DNA of 64,000 nt from the IMG/VR virus record IMGVR_UViG_3300042308_001049, positions 1 through 64,000 of that record, one strand, 5' to 3'. The stretch is from a virus. The notes under the pieces are model-generated. The model saw only the letters and a list, made by a program, of their open reading frames with translations, did not search any database and was not told where the DNA came from. A program made the position numbers and the translations under genes. Positions within the stretch are counted from its first letter, which is position 1. Each line of letters begins with the position of its first letter. Positions 10,143-20,693 of this stretch are shown piece by piece.

Positions 10143-11110
10143 AAATATTAGTTACAGGAGCAGCAGGATTGATAGGTAGCCATCTTGTAGATTTATTGCT
10201 TAAAGATGGACATTCTGTAGTAGGTATAGATGATTTATCATTTGGTAATAGATTAAATATTTTAGAAGCCTCTAAAAAAAATAATTATACTTTTATCAAA
10301 GCTAAACTTCAAACTATACCTTTACTAACACAAAAGTTTGATGTTATATATCATCTAGCATCAATGAAAAAACCTATTAAAGGCTCTCTTAAATCCTCTT
10401 ATGTTATGGAAGAAAATTATTCTATGACTAAAGTTATGGTTGAAGAAGCTTTAAGATATGGAAGTCATTTAATTTTTACTTCAACATCAGATGTATATGG
10501 TAATTCTTCTACATTTAGTGAAGATGAACCTATCACTATAGGTCCTCCTACTAATGAAAGATATTCATATGCTATGTCTAAATTATATAGCGAACAATAT
10601 ATTCTAAATGAAGTAGCTCAATCAGATTTAAATGCTACTATTGCAAGAGTGTTTGGATGTGCATCTTGGAGATCAAATAAAAGTTGGTCAGGAGGGCATA
10701 TACCAGTATTTGTACATAATGCTTTATTAGATAAAGATATTACAATACATGGTGATGGATTACAAACTCGTTCTATATGTCACGCCCTAGATATAGCTAA
10801 TGGTTTAAAATTAATGTTAAATAACTTACAAGAAGTAAATAACCAAATTATTAATTTAGGTACTGACCAACAAACAACTGTTAAAGAAGTAGCTGAATAT
10901 ATAGTTAAGCAGACTGATTCTAGATCTAAATTAAATTTTGAGACTAGAGAAGTTTCATTTGGTGATTATAAAGAAATTTTAACTCGATTTGCTAATACTA
11001 ATAAAGCTAAAAATTTACTTGGATTTGAAGTAAAACATTCTACTTTTGAAGTTATAGATGAAATGATAGAAAAATTTAATAATGAAAATAGCGGTTACTA
11101 CTCCTGTTAA
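10139..11110 (+). CDS. NAD-dependent sugar epimerase/dehydratase
   Basis: GAAGLIG, TSTSDVYG, YAMSK, GDGLQTRS. Confidence 0.92.
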   Translation: MKILVTGAAGLIGSHLVDLLLKDGHSVVGIDDLSFGNRLNILEASKKNNYTFIKAKLQTIPLLTQKFDVIYHLASMKKPIKGSLKSSYVMEENYSMTKVMVEEALRYGSHLIFTSTSDVYGNSSTFSEDEPITIGPPTNERYSYAMSKLYSEQYILNEVAQSDLNATIARVFGCASWRSNKSWSGGHIPVFVHNALLDKDITIHGDGLQTRSICHALDIANGLKLMLNNLQEVNNQIINLGTDQQTTVKEVAEYIVKQTDSRSKLNFETREVSFGDYKEILTRFANTNKAKNLLGFEVKHSTFEVIDEMIEKFNNENSGYYSC

Positions 11111-11999
11111 ACATTTACAAGGTATAGAGAGTCTTCTATCTACTAAAGGAGAAATCTTTTATTTAGAAGAAGGTACTAAATCTGAAGTTAGGGAATTACT
11201 TTTAAAAGAAAATATTGATGTTATAATTTGTAATCCAAACCAACAAACATACAAAATTGACCAGGAATTATTGGAGAATACCACTGTATCTTTAATTAAT
11301 ACATGCTCAACAGGTATGAATCATATTGATCAAGAATATTGTAAATTAAACGGGATTAAAATATATTCACTAACTAAAGACTATAAATTAATAAACAACC
11401 TCCCATCTACCTCAGAATTAGCATTTGGCTTACTCTTAGACTTAATGCGTAATATTACAATATCTAATAATGAAGTTAAACAAAATAAAACTTGGGATTA
11501 TTTACCTTTTGTAGGTCAACAAATGAAAGACTTTAAAGTAGGAATTGTTGGTTATGGTAGATTAGGTAAGATGATGGCTAAATATTGTAAAGCATTTGAT
11601 GCTGAAGTCTATATCTATGACCCATATTCAGATGAATCTAATGTAAAAGAATTAGAGGATTTATTTCAAATATGTGATGCAGTTTCACTTCATGTTCATG
11701 TTAATGACGAAACAAAATACATGATTGATTATGATTTACTCTCTCGTAATGTAAAATTCTTAATAAACACTTCTAGAGGTGAAATAGTAAAAGAATCTGA
11801 TGTTATTAGAGCATTAAAAGAATGTAAATTATGGGGATATGGAGCAGATGTTATAGAAGATGAATTTAATGATATTAAAGACTCCCCATTTTTTAGCTTG
11901 GAAAATTCAAAATTTAATTGTATATTCACCCCACATATAGGAGGAATGACTATACAAGGACAAACTAAAGCTTATACATGGGCAATAAACAAATTATGA
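11082..11999 (+). CDS. D-isomer 2-hydroxyacid dehydrogenase family protein
   Basis: GYGRLG, INTSRG, TPHIGG motifs. Confidence 0.9.
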   Translation: MKIAVTTPVKHLQGIESLLSTKGEIFYLEEGTKSEVRELLLKENIDVIICNPNQQTYKIDQELLENTTVSLINTCSTGMNHIDQEYCKLNGIKIYSLTKDYKLINNLPSTSELAFGLLLDLMRNITISNNEVKQNKTWDYLPFVGQQMKDFKVGIVGYGRLGKMMAKYCKAFDAEVYIYDPYSDESNVKELEDLFQICDAVSLHVHVNDETKYMIDYDLLSRNVKFLINTSRGEIVKESDVIRALKECKLWGYGADVIEDEFNDIKDSPFFSLENSKFNCIFTPHIGGMTIQGQTKAYTWAINKL

Positions 12000-12547
12000 G
12001 AATACTAGCAATTATACCAGCTAAATTAGACTCTACTAGATTAGAGAAAAAAAATCTACAATTAGTAAATGGAAAAACACTTGTAGAACATTCCATTGAT
12101 TATGCGCTTGCAAGTAAACATGACATTACTGTTATAGTTTCATCTGAAAGTCTAGAAGTGAAAGATGCGTTTTGGGGCAAGTATGATAATGTAATTTTCC
12201 ATTATCGTGATGAATCTTTATGTGGTGATACTGAAGTAGTAGATGTTTATATTTCTATAACTAAAACTACCTTTAATAGTTACGACTTAGTAGTAGGTCT
12301 ACAACCAGATAATCCTAATCGATCTTATACTCTTGATGAGTGTATTGATTACATGGTGGAAAACAATTATGACGATTTAATCACAGTGAACCCAAACTAT
12401 AAAAGAAGTGGTTCAGTTCGTATATTTAAATACAACTATTTAAAATCAGAACAAGTAAGTAAACGACTAGGTTGTATTAAAGACTCAGCTGTTGATATTC
12501 ATTATCAAGAAGACTTAGAATTAGTAAAACAAAATTTAAATAAATAA
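11996..12547 (+). CDS. Acylneuraminate cytidylyltransferase (NeuA-like CMP-nonulosonate synthetase)
   Basis: AIIPAK..STRLEKKNL, LQPDNP.R, VDIH..EDL. Confidence 0.85.
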   Translation: MRILAIIPAKLDSTRLEKKNLQLVNGKTLVEHSIDYALASKHDITVIVSSESLEVKDAFWGKYDNVIFHYRDESLCGDTEVVDVYISITKTTFNSYDLVVGLQPDNPNRSYTLDECIDYMVENNYDDLITVNPNYKRSGSVRIFKYNYLKSEQVSKRLGCIKDSAVDIHYQEDLELVKQNLNK

Positions 12548-13134
12548 TGGCCCAATTTGGAAAAGACAGATTCCCAGCTAATTATCAATCAGCTGTTGGA
12601 ATGGGAGCAAGACAAATGCTTCATCAAAACTCTATTGAATTAGCTACTCTGCTTAAAGAAAATAATATTCTTCAAAACTCAAAAAATATATTTGAATTAG
12701 GCTCAGGACCAGCTCGTAACTTATATTACATTTGGTTAGAAAACCAAAATCTAAATTTATATTGTAGTGACTTATTTAAAGATGCTTCTTTAGAGAGTAT
12801 GCATTCTGAGATTAAAGATAAAGTAACCTTCTTTGAAGGTGACTCTGAAGATATAATTAGGACACAACTAATCCCAGACTTAGATATTTTCTTAGTCTCA
12901 GACCACTTTATGCATCTACAATATGATAAAGCTAAAAAAATTATTGATTGGGTTTGTGATAATTGGAAACCTAAACATATAATGTTAAGGGAATTAAAAA
13001 AAGAGTTTGAAACACCTAACCATCCTAGATTGTATCACAATTACCATCGTTTCTTAGATAATTATGAAATGGTATATGAAGGTGATAGTGCTCAAGATTC
13101 TTGTTATTTTATTTGGATATTAAAAAGAAAATGA
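12547..13134 (+). CDS. Class I SAM-dependent methyltransferase
   Basis: IFELGSGPARNL motif I. Confidence 0.75.
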   Translation: MAQFGKDRFPANYQSAVGMGARQMLHQNSIELATLLKENNILQNSKNIFELGSGPARNLYYIWLENQNLNLYCSDLFKDASLESMHSEIKDKVTFFEGDSEDIIRTQLIPDLDIFLVSDHFMHLQYDKAKKIIDWVCDNWKPKHIMLRELKKEFETPNHPRLYHNYHRFLDNYEMVYEGDSAQDSCYFIWILKRK

Positions 13135-13934
13135 TACAAATTATAGCTGAAATAGGATGGAACCATGGTGGTGACATGGACTTAGCCAAGAAAATGATTC
13201 TAGCCGCTAAAGAAAATGGAGCAACTTATGCTAAGTTCCAAAGTTGGTCTGTCTCTAGACTCAAACCAGGTGAATGGGATAATGATGGTCGTAGAGAAAT
13301 TTATGAAAAGGCAGAATTAACTAAAGAAAGACATATTGAATTAATTGATTATTGTAATCAAGTAGGTATTGAATTTTTATCAAGTGTGTTTAGTATTGAA
13401 GATGCTAAATTATTGATTGAATTAGGAGTTAAAAAAGTTAAAATACCTAGTTTTGAATCTCGTAACCATGAGTTAATTCAATACTGTACTCAAAATTTTG
13501 ACTTAGTTTTTATGTCAACCGGTACTTCTACCATACAAGAAATAGAATCAAGCTTGTACATTGAATCAATTACTACTGAAAATCTAATTTTAATGCATTG
13601 TGTTTCAAGTTATCCTTGTAAACCTAATATGGCTAATTTAATTAAAATGTGGACATTAATGGATCTTTGGCCTAATGTAGGATACTCAGATCACATTGAA
13701 GGAGTAGAATCAGCTAAAGTAGCAATTAGTGAAGGTGCGATTGTAATTGAAAAACATTTCACAATTGATAATGATCTCCCAGGTCGTGATAATAAATTTG
13801 CAATTTTACCTCACCAATTGAAAGATCTTTCAGATTATATTAAAATGAGAGAAGAAATGTTTACCCATCAAGATGATGTACAACAATCAGAATTAGACTC
13901 AAGAAAACATTATACTGGGAGATTTAATGGCTAG
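13131..13934 (+). CDS. N-acetylneuraminate/nonulosonate synthase (NeuB-like), no C-terminal AFP-like domain
   Basis: IAEIGWNHGGD, AKFQ, KIPS, MSTG, MHCVSSYP, GYSDH, IEKHFT. Confidence 0.93.
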   Translation: MIQIIAEIGWNHGGDMDLAKKMILAAKENGATYAKFQSWSVSRLKPGEWDNDGRREIYEKAELTKERHIELIDYCNQVGIEFLSSVFSIEDAKLLIELGVKKVKIPSFESRNHELIQYCTQNFDLVFMSTGTSTIQEIESSLYIESITTENLILMHCVSSYPCKPNMANLIKMWTLMDLWPNVGYSDHIEGVESAKVAISEGAIVIEKHFTIDNDLPGRDNKFAILPHQLKDLSDYIKMREEMFTHQDDVQQSELDSRKHYTGRFNG

Positions 13935-14562
13935 TGTTATAATTAGGAATAAAAATGAAGGAGAATATATAGGTTTTGCCCTTCAATCAGTTATAGACCA
14001 TATCCCAGGAGCTGAAATTCTTGTAGTAGATAATAAATCAACTGATGATTCTATAGAAATAGTAAACCTATTTAAAAATATAGCTAATATAAGAGTAATT
14101 ACTATTGATAATTATAGTCCTGGATTATCTATAATGTTAGGGGCTAAAGAAGCAACTAATGATACTTTATTAGTCTTATCAGCTCATTCACAAATAACTC
14201 ATTTAAACCTAAATGAAGTAAAAGATAATCTAAAAGATTATGTAGCTGTATTTGGTAAACAAACTCCTATTTATAGAGGTAAAAAAATTACTCCACGTTA
14301 CATTTGGTCCCATTTTAAAGATGAATTTATAACTAATATGTACTCAGATATAGAAACTAGATATTTTTTACATAATGCATTTTGTTTCTATGATAAACAA
14401 TTTTTATTAAATCATCCTTTTGATTTATCCTTACCTGGTAAAGAAGATAGATATTGGGCTATTGATATGGTAAATCAGGGATACAAGTATTTATATAACC
14501 CACAACAAAAAGTAAATCACTATTATACTAAAAACGGCGCAACATGGAAAGGAATAGGTTAA
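13927..14562 (+). CDS. GT2 glycosyltransferase
   Basis: SVIIRNKNE, VVDNKSTD, ED motif. Confidence 0.87.
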   Translation: MASVIIRNKNEGEYIGFALQSVIDHIPGAEILVVDNKSTDDSIEIVNLFKNIANIRVITIDNYSPGLSIMLGAKEATNDTLLVLSAHSQITHLNLNEVKDNLKDYVAVFGKQTPIYRGKKITPRYIWSHFKDEFITNMYSDIETRYFLHNAFCFYDKQFLLNHPFDLSLPGKEDRYWAIDMVNQGYKYLYNPQQKVNHYYTKNGATWKGIG

Positions 14563-15410
14563 AAATTTTAATAACAGGTGGGGCAGGTTTTGTAGGAACA
14601 AACCTAATTAAAACACTTCAAAAAGCTCATCCTAATAGTGAAATCCAAGTTATAGATAATTATGTGACTGGATTTATTAGAAATCATCAAGATGGGGTTA
14701 TTTACCATAATGTTGATATTACAACAGATCAAGCCACAGCATTAATGATTTCTTTTCAACCTGATGTAATTTATCATTTAGCAGCTTTAGCTCGTATACA
14801 ACCCTCATTTAAATATCCTACCCCAACATTTAATGCTAATGTTATAGGTACTCAACGAGTATTGGAATATGCTAGGATAAATAAAACCCCAGTTATATAC
14901 GCAGGTTCAAGCTCAACACATGGTGGGGTGCATAAAAATCCTTATACATTCTCTAAATGGTTAGGTGAAGAACTTTGTATTATGTATTCTAAAGTATATG
15001 ACACTCCTACCATTATAACTCGTTTTTATAACGTTTATGGTGAACATATGATACCAGGCGATCATGCTTACTCTACTGTAGTTCAAATATTTGATGAACA
15101 ACGGATTAAAAATATTCCTTTAACTATAACAGGAGATGGAGAGCAAAGAAGAGATTTTACTCATGTTCTAGACATTTGTGATGCCTTAACAGCTTGTATT
15201 AACCATCCAGAATTAAGAGCAGAATTTTTTGAATTGGGTAGAGGAGAAAATTTCTCTATTAATGAAATAGCTCAAATGTATTCTCACCCTATAACTTACA
15301 TTCCAGCTAGACCAGGTGAGGCTAAAACTACATTAGCTGATTTTTCTAAAGCAACTGAAATTTTAGGTTACAATCCTTCTAGAAATATTAAAGATTGGAT
15401 TCAAAAATGA
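14544..15410 (+). CDS. NAD-dependent sugar epimerase/dehydratase
   Basis: GGAGFVG, HLAA, YTFSK, RFYNVYG, GDGEQRRDF. Confidence 0.92.
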   Translation: MERNRLKILITGGAGFVGTNLIKTLQKAHPNSEIQVIDNYVTGFIRNHQDGVIYHNVDITTDQATALMISFQPDVIYHLAALARIQPSFKYPTPTFNANVIGTQRVLEYARINKTPVIYAGSSSTHGGVHKNPYTFSKWLGEELCIMYSKVYDTPTIITRFYNVYGEHMIPGDHAYSTVVQIFDEQRIKNIPLTITGDGEQRRDFTHVLDICDALTACINHPELRAEFFELGRGENFSINEIAQMYSHPITYIPARPGEAKTTLADFSKATEILGYNPSRNIKDWIQK

Positions 15411-16120
15411 AATTAGCAGTTTACACAGCCCTATTCACTGATGATCCTGATTATCTATATGGGGATATAATCCCATATGAACATGATAAAGCAGGAATAG
15501 ATTATATATGTTTTACTAATAGTCCTTACCTTAAATCTGACTTTTGGGAGATTAGACAAATGGAAGTTTGGAGAGATGGGAGATGGACAGCTAGAAAATG
15601 TAAAACATCTCCTGAAGAACTACTCCCAGAATATGATGCTTGGTTATGGATGGATAATGAAATATATTTTACTTATGATCCTCATAGTTTATTTGAAACA
15701 CATTTAGGTGAATATGATTTAGCTGTTCATAAACATTGCGATCGTAATTGCCTATACCAGGAAATTCAAGCTGCAGCTGGGAGACAACCTCAAAGAGATC
15801 CTATTGAAAAATTAATAGGTCAAGGACAAACTTATAAAGAAGAAAATTATCCTGAAAATATAGGCCTATATGAAAATGGTATCCTATATAGAAAGAATAA
15901 TAAGCAAATTAGGTCTTTTAATAAATTATGGTTTGAAGAAACAGCCAAATGGAATACAGAAGATCAAGTATCAATGATGTACTCACTCTGGAAATACCCA
16001 GAAGTAAAAGTAAATGCTTTACATCAAACTTTTGTGATGCATAACTATCAAAATCGTTACTTACCTCTTACAGATCAGTTTAAATGTTTACCCCGTTCAA
16101 TGAGGTATGTCAAAGAATAA
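15407..16120 (+). CDS. DUF616-like glycosyltransferase
   Basis: AVYTALF, YICFTN, WLWMD, H..RNCLYQE, DQVS. Confidence 0.75.
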   Translation: MKLAVYTALFTDDPDYLYGDIIPYEHDKAGIDYICFTNSPYLKSDFWEIRQMEVWRDGRWTARKCKTSPEELLPEYDAWLWMDNEIYFTYDPHSLFETHLGEYDLAVHKHCDRNCLYQEIQAAAGRQPQRDPIEKLIGQGQTYKEENYPENIGLYENGILYRKNNKQIRSFNKLWFEETAKWNTEDQVSMMYSLWKYPEVKVNALHQTFVMHNYQNRYLPLTDQFKCLPRSMRYVKE

Positions 16121-17186
16121 AATTCTTTTATTATTTACTAATCATAGGACAGCTGAAAAGTTATGGCCTATAATACCTGAGTTAGCTAAAACTTATACTT
16201 TAGATTTATTTTTAGTAGGTTTATTTAGCCCTAAAACACCTTGGGTAGGAGATATTGATGAACGTAAAGAATTTATTAATCTTTATTCTAAACATCTTAA
16301 TAAAATAATTGAAGGACCTGGGGTTAAATTCCATGGAGATAGAATAAATGAAGACTTATCTAACTATTTAGATATAGACTCTTATTCTTTAGTTATCTTT
16401 GATGATAATAGACCCATGCCTGAATTTTCTATCCCAGACCTATACCAAAAATTTAAATTAAAAGATATTTTAGTTGTAGGTAATTCTCATGGTAATGAAG
16501 AATATAGTAAAAATCATCTAGCAATAGGGCAAAGTTTTGATAAAGTTTTCACCTTTGGGTATAAAGAAAAATATATTATAGAAACTAATTTTGGAATAGA
16601 CTCAAGTAACTTACTTGAAGGTGGTATTCCTCAAAATGATTTACTAAAAAACTATATTAAGGATCCAAAACATATTCTAGTTATAACTAATTTTTTAGGT
16701 AATCGATCCTCTATATTTCCTATTAATTTTGACTCTAACTTCATTAAAAATAGTGGTTTAATTGAATTAAGTAAAGAATATAATTTACCTATAGTAATTA
16801 AACAAAAAACTAGATTAGACGACCCTAACTATCAGGATAATGTAGAATACATTAAAAGTCTCTTAGATTGTCAAATAATAACCAATAGTACAGACATAAA
16901 TCAAATTATAGCTGATTCTGCTTTTGTGATATCTTCCCCTTCAACTTTATCATTTAAACCTATCCAATTAGGCATCCCTACAGTTTTAATTAAAGGATCA
17001 GGTCAAATAGGTAATTTCTATAATTACCCAGGTCTAGTTGACTTAGATAGAGACCAAATTAGAGAATCTATAGAGTTACAAGCTAATTTTGGAAAGCAAG
17101 AAGACTTCATTAAATTCACTATAAAGGGAGGTGAAGAATTTAACTCAACAAAATACTATACAGACACTATTAAAAGTTTTATATGA
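16107..17186 (+). CDS. GT-B fold transferase (sialyl-/glycerophospho-transferase-like)
   Basis: C-terminal ISSPST...LGIPTV pattern; located in the neu cluster. Confidence 0.5.
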   Translation: MSKNKILLLFTNHRTAEKLWPIIPELAKTYTLDLFLVGLFSPKTPWVGDIDERKEFINLYSKHLNKIIEGPGVKFHGDRINEDLSNYLDIDSYSLVIFDDNRPMPEFSIPDLYQKFKLKDILVVGNSHGNEEYSKNHLAIGQSFDKVFTFGYKEKYIIETNFGIDSSNLLEGGIPQNDLLKNYIKDPKHILVITNFLGNRSSIFPINFDSNFIKNSGLIELSKEYNLPIVIKQKTRLDDPNYQDNVEYIKSLLDCQIITNSTDINQIIADSAFVISSPSTLSFKPIQLGIPTVLIKGSGQIGNFYNYPGLVDLDRDQIRESIELQANFGKQEDFIKFTIKGGEEFNSTKYYTDTIKSFI

Positions 17187-17878
17187 AAATAATTTATAGA
17201 ATCTCAGATGCTGGTTATAAAAAAGAAAAACCAGACTATATAAATAATGAAAATTGTTTAAAAAATTTTTGCAATATATTTTTTGATTATATATACGATA
17301 TTATAATTTTAGCAGATAATTGTAGTGATGATACTTTAACTATGATTAAAAAGTACATTGATCCTATTAATATAAGAAAAGTATCTGTAGGACATGGCGC
17401 CGGAACATTTAATTTAGCTTTAGATGAAGCTCTACGATGGCATGATAATGAAACTATTTATTTTATAGAAAATGATTATTTACATAAACCAAATAGTCAA
17501 AAAATATTAGAAGAAGGTTTTGAGTTAGGAGCTTCATTTGTAGCATTATATGATCATCCAGACAAATATCTTTCACCCTCTAAAGGTGGAAACCCATATT
17601 GTGAAGGAGGAGCTGAAGACACTAGAGTATATTTGACTAAATCTACCCATTGGAAAGTCACTAATTCTACAACAATGACATTTGCTGCTAAAGTTAGTAC
17701 TTTAAAAAGAATAGAACCTATCTTAAGAAAATACACTCAAGGATCTTATCCTGAAGACTTTAAAATGTTTCTAGAGCTTAGAGAACAAGGAGAATTACTA
17801 ATAACTCCAATCCCAGGTTATGCTACTCATGGTGAAACAGCTTGGTTATCTCCTTTAACAGATTGGTCACAAATATGA
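17183..17878 (+). CDS. GT-A fold glycosyltransferase-like protein
   Basis: IILADN, YFIENDYLH. Confidence 0.7.
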   Translation: MKIIYRISDAGYKKEKPDYINNENCLKNFCNIFFDYIYDIIILADNCSDDTLTMIKKYIDPINIRKVSVGHGAGTFNLALDEALRWHDNETIYFIENDYLHKPNSQKILEEGFELGASFVALYDHPDKYLSPSKGGNPYCEGGAEDTRVYLTKSTHWKVTNSTTMTFAAKVSTLKRIEPILRKYTQGSYPEDFKMFLELREQGELLITPIPGYATHGETAWLSPLTDWSQI

Positions 17879-18675
17879 TCTCAGTAATTATCCCAACTTA
17901 TAAAGAACCTGAAGTATTAGATTTATGTTTAAAATCTGCTATTGAGGGGCAAAAACATCATAACCAAATAATAGTAGTTATAGATGGATTTTATAATCTA
18001 AATAAAGAAGTATTAGAAAAATATAAAGATTATATTAGTATTCTTAATTTAGAAGAAAATGTTGGATTAAATAGAGCTACTAATTTAGGAGTGTATAATG
18101 CTTCTTATGATAAAATTCTTATTGTAAATGATGATAATTTATTCCCTCAAGAATGGGATATTAGATTATTAGAAACATACCAAGAAAACTCAGTGATTGC
18201 TCCTAACCAAATTGAACCTATTTCTTCTATGTTTAGGCAATTCCATATCAAAGATTTAGGTCGTGATCCTAAAACATTTGATTTAGAACAATTTTGGAGT
18301 TATGAAAAATCACTCTCAATTTCACCTAATGAAAAAACAGGCTCAACATTACCTATCTTTATGTCTAAAAAAGACTATATGAAGATAGGGGGTTGGGATG
18401 AAGCTTATCCTGGCGCTTGGGTTGTTGACTGGGACTTTTTCTTAAAATGTGAACTCTCAGGAATGAATATGATTCGTTCTTATAATTGCCATTTTTACCA
18501 TTTTGTATCTATAGGTACTGAGTTAAGTATTGAAGAAAAGATTCAAAAACAAGAAAAAGAACAAAGATGTCATGAATATTTTAAATATAAATGGGGAACT
18601 TATGCCCAACATAACCCTGAAAATAACTCTAAAATGTTAAATATTTATTCCCATGGAACAGAAGTTAAAGCTTGA
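17875..18675 (+). CDS. GT2 glycosyltransferase
   Basis: ISVIIPTY, IVNDD, IGGWDE, DWDF. Confidence 0.9.
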   Translation: MISVIIPTYKEPEVLDLCLKSAIEGQKHHNQIIVVIDGFYNLNKEVLEKYKDYISILNLEENVGLNRATNLGVYNASYDKILIVNDDNLFPQEWDIRLLETYQENSVIAPNQIEPISSMFRQFHIKDLGRDPKTFDLEQFWSYEKSLSISPNEKTGSTLPIFMSKKDYMKIGGWDEAYPGAWVVDWDFFLKCELSGMNMIRSYNCHFYHFVSIGTELSIEEKIQKQEKEQRCHEYFKYKWGTYAQHNPENNSKMLNIYSHGTEVKA

Positions 18676-18967
18676 ATTCCCCCTTGACCTGGAGATTAAA
18701 TATGATGACCCAGAAGAATTATTTGAATTGGCTACACAGGAAGAATTTGTTATATTCATGTTCAGTAGTGCATTAGCAGCTATAAAGCAATCTATTCGTA
18801 AAAATAAAAGTGAATGTGTAATATTTAGTATACAAAATTATAATGTAAAAGTAGCTATTAAAAAAGAACATTATAAGATATTTTTAAATAAAGCTATTAA
18901 ACATTATGAAACTTTAGAAGACTATTCTAAATGTAGTGAATTAGTAAGTTTAAAATCCAGATTATGA
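18653..18967 (+). CDS. Hypothetical protein (C-terminal EDYSKC, UVR-like)
   Basis: 104 aa; ATATTTAT motif 4 nt upstream; tail resembles that of 47413-47850. Confidence 0.7.
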   Translation: MEQKLKLEFPLDLEIKYDDPEELFELATQEEFVIFMFSSALAAIKQSIRKNKSECVIFSIQNYNVKVAIKKEHYKIFLNKAIKHYETLEDYSKCSELVSLKSRL

Positions 18968-19134
18968 GTTTTTGTTTTTACTATGTACGTCAAGATGAAT
19001 CTAAAGAAATTTTAGGTAAATCTCACTTCACACGTTCAAGATTAGAAGCTGCTAAAGAATTTGCTAAACAAAAACAATTACCCCTTAAAGAATTTCTTAA
19101 AATTTGGGCGGTAGGTAAAAAAGGAATGTTTTAA
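18964..19134 (+). CDS. Hypothetical 56 aa protein
   Basis: MSFCFYY...GKKGMF, coupled at both ends; below ORF-track cut-off. Confidence 0.6.
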   Translation: MSFCFYYVRQDESKEILGKSHFTRSRLEAAKEFAKQKQLPLKEFLKIWAVGKKGMF

Positions 19135-19529
19135 TGAATCCAAAAAAAGATTTTAAAAAATTTTTTCAAAAAATGTTTGATACTCCTGTTGAAATACAAG
19201 GAGAAATTCTTACACCTGAAGAAACAATTAAAAAAAATTTTATCACATTTGTAGATAGCTATAAAACAGCTACAACTCGTTCTCAAGAATTAAATGATAA
19301 ATTTGGTTTAGATCTTTGGGGTTGGGAAGATATATTTGCTAAATCACTTGAAGGTCTCATCAATTATTCTTTTACTCCAGAAGCAGTTGAAGTTATTCTT
19401 TGGTATGTTTATGAACATTCATTAGTTGAAGATGAAGGTGATTATGTTGTAACATATGGAGAAGATGAATATATTATAAAAACTTCCGATGATTTGTATA
19501 AGTTAGTTTTGCTATTGGAAAAAGAATAG
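19134..19529 (+). CDS. Hypothetical protein
   Basis: 131 aa ORF. Confidence 0.75.
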   Translation: MNPKKDFKKFFQKMFDTPVEIQGEILTPEETIKKNFITFVDSYKTATTRSQELNDKFGLDLWGWEDIFAKSLEGLINYSFTPEAVEVILWYVYEHSLVEDEGDYVVTYGEDEYIIKTSDDLYKLVLLLEKE

Positions 19530-19563
19530 TTATATTTATACCTTGAAAATAAAGGTTATATGT

Positions 19564-19887
19564 ATGAATCAAACTGAAATAATGATTATAGAATGTCTTG
19601 GGTGTGGTGAACCTATTCACCCTAAACGTTTAGAAATTCTCCCCAATACTAAATACTGCGTTAAATGCTCAGATACAGGTCGTAAACGAGGTGTGACTGT
19701 GCAACGTGGTGAAGGAGATCATTCTTATACAGATGTAGTAATTTTAGAAGAAAAACAATTTATCAATTATATTATTGGTGAGGGAAAAATATCTAAAGGA
19801 GCTAAAAAAGCAGAATTACAAAATTTTGAAGAAGATGATTCCCCTCCTCAAATTAATCTAGATCAACTAGAAAGAGATATTGAGTAA
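19564..19887 (+). CDS. DksA/TraR C4-type zinc-finger protein
   Basis: CLGCGEPIHPKRLEILPNTKYCVKC. Confidence 0.85.
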   Translation: MNQTEIMIIECLGCGEPIHPKRLEILPNTKYCVKCSDTGRKRGVTVQRGEGDHSYTDVVILEEKQFINYIIGEGKISKGAKKAELQNFEEDDSPPQINLDQLERDIE

Positions 19888-20525
19888 TGCCTTTACCTAA
19901 ACCACTCAGTAAGGAACAAATTTTATCAGCTATGGCAGTTACTAAAAGTAACCGTTCAGCTGCTCGTTACCTTAACTGCAGTTACCATCACTATAAACGA
20001 TACGCTAAACTTTATAAGGATGAGGCAACAGGTGAAACATTATTTAAAAAACATCTAAACCAATCAGGTAAGGGCATTCCTAAATTTTTACCTAACACAG
20101 GTAAAACCCCTCCACTTAAAGATCTAATTAACGGAATCATTCCTATGACTAATTTTAACCCTGATAAGGTTAAAAAGCGTCTATTTGATGAAGGGTACTT
20201 AACTGAGGAATGTGCTATATGTGGTTTTAATGAGCGTAGGATAACTGATTATAAAATACCACTCCTACTTCATTTTAAAGATAAAAACACTAAAAACTAT
20301 AGATTAGAAAATATTGAGGTACTTTGTTACAACCATTACTTTCTAACTGTAACTGATATCTTTAACCAAAATGATATCACCCAAATTGAAACTTCAGTTC
20401 CCAAAAACAACACAACTGAACACATTAACTGGGAATTAGATGATTATCAGCTTGAACGTCTAAAAGAATTAGGGTTATATGAGCCACCCAAAGATGATGA
20501 CTTAGACTTAATTTCAAGGATATGA
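19887..20525 (+). CDS. HNH-like nuclease with N-terminal HTH
   Basis: AARYLN helix; CAICG...LHFKD.N..N.RLENIEVLCYNH. Confidence 0.7.
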   Translation: MPLPKPLSKEQILSAMAVTKSNRSAARYLNCSYHHYKRYAKLYKDEATGETLFKKHLNQSGKGIPKFLPNTGKTPPLKDLINGIIPMTNFNPDKVKKRLFDEGYLTEECAICGFNERRITDYKIPLLLHFKDKNTKNYRLENIEVLCYNHYFLTVTDIFNQNDITQIETSVPKNNTTEHINWELDDYQLERLKELGLYEPPKDDDLDLISRI

Positions 20526-20677
20526 AAAATAAAAAGCATGATAAGATAGTTAAAAACTATCAAAAAGAAAAGGCTAAACACCTTGAAAAACTTGCTGATA
20601 ATCTTTTGGCTAACCAAGAAAAATTTGATAAATTTAGAGAGAAGAAAGGCACAGGTAAGTTTTTAGATTTATTTTAA
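20522..20677 (+). CDS. Hypothetical basic 51 aa protein
   Basis: MKNKKHDK...FLDLF; ATGA overlap. Confidence 0.55.
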   Translation: MKNKKHDKIVKNYQKEKAKHLEKLADNLLANQEKFDKFREKKGTGKFLDLF

Positions 20678-20693
20678 CTTAAAATTAAAGGTT

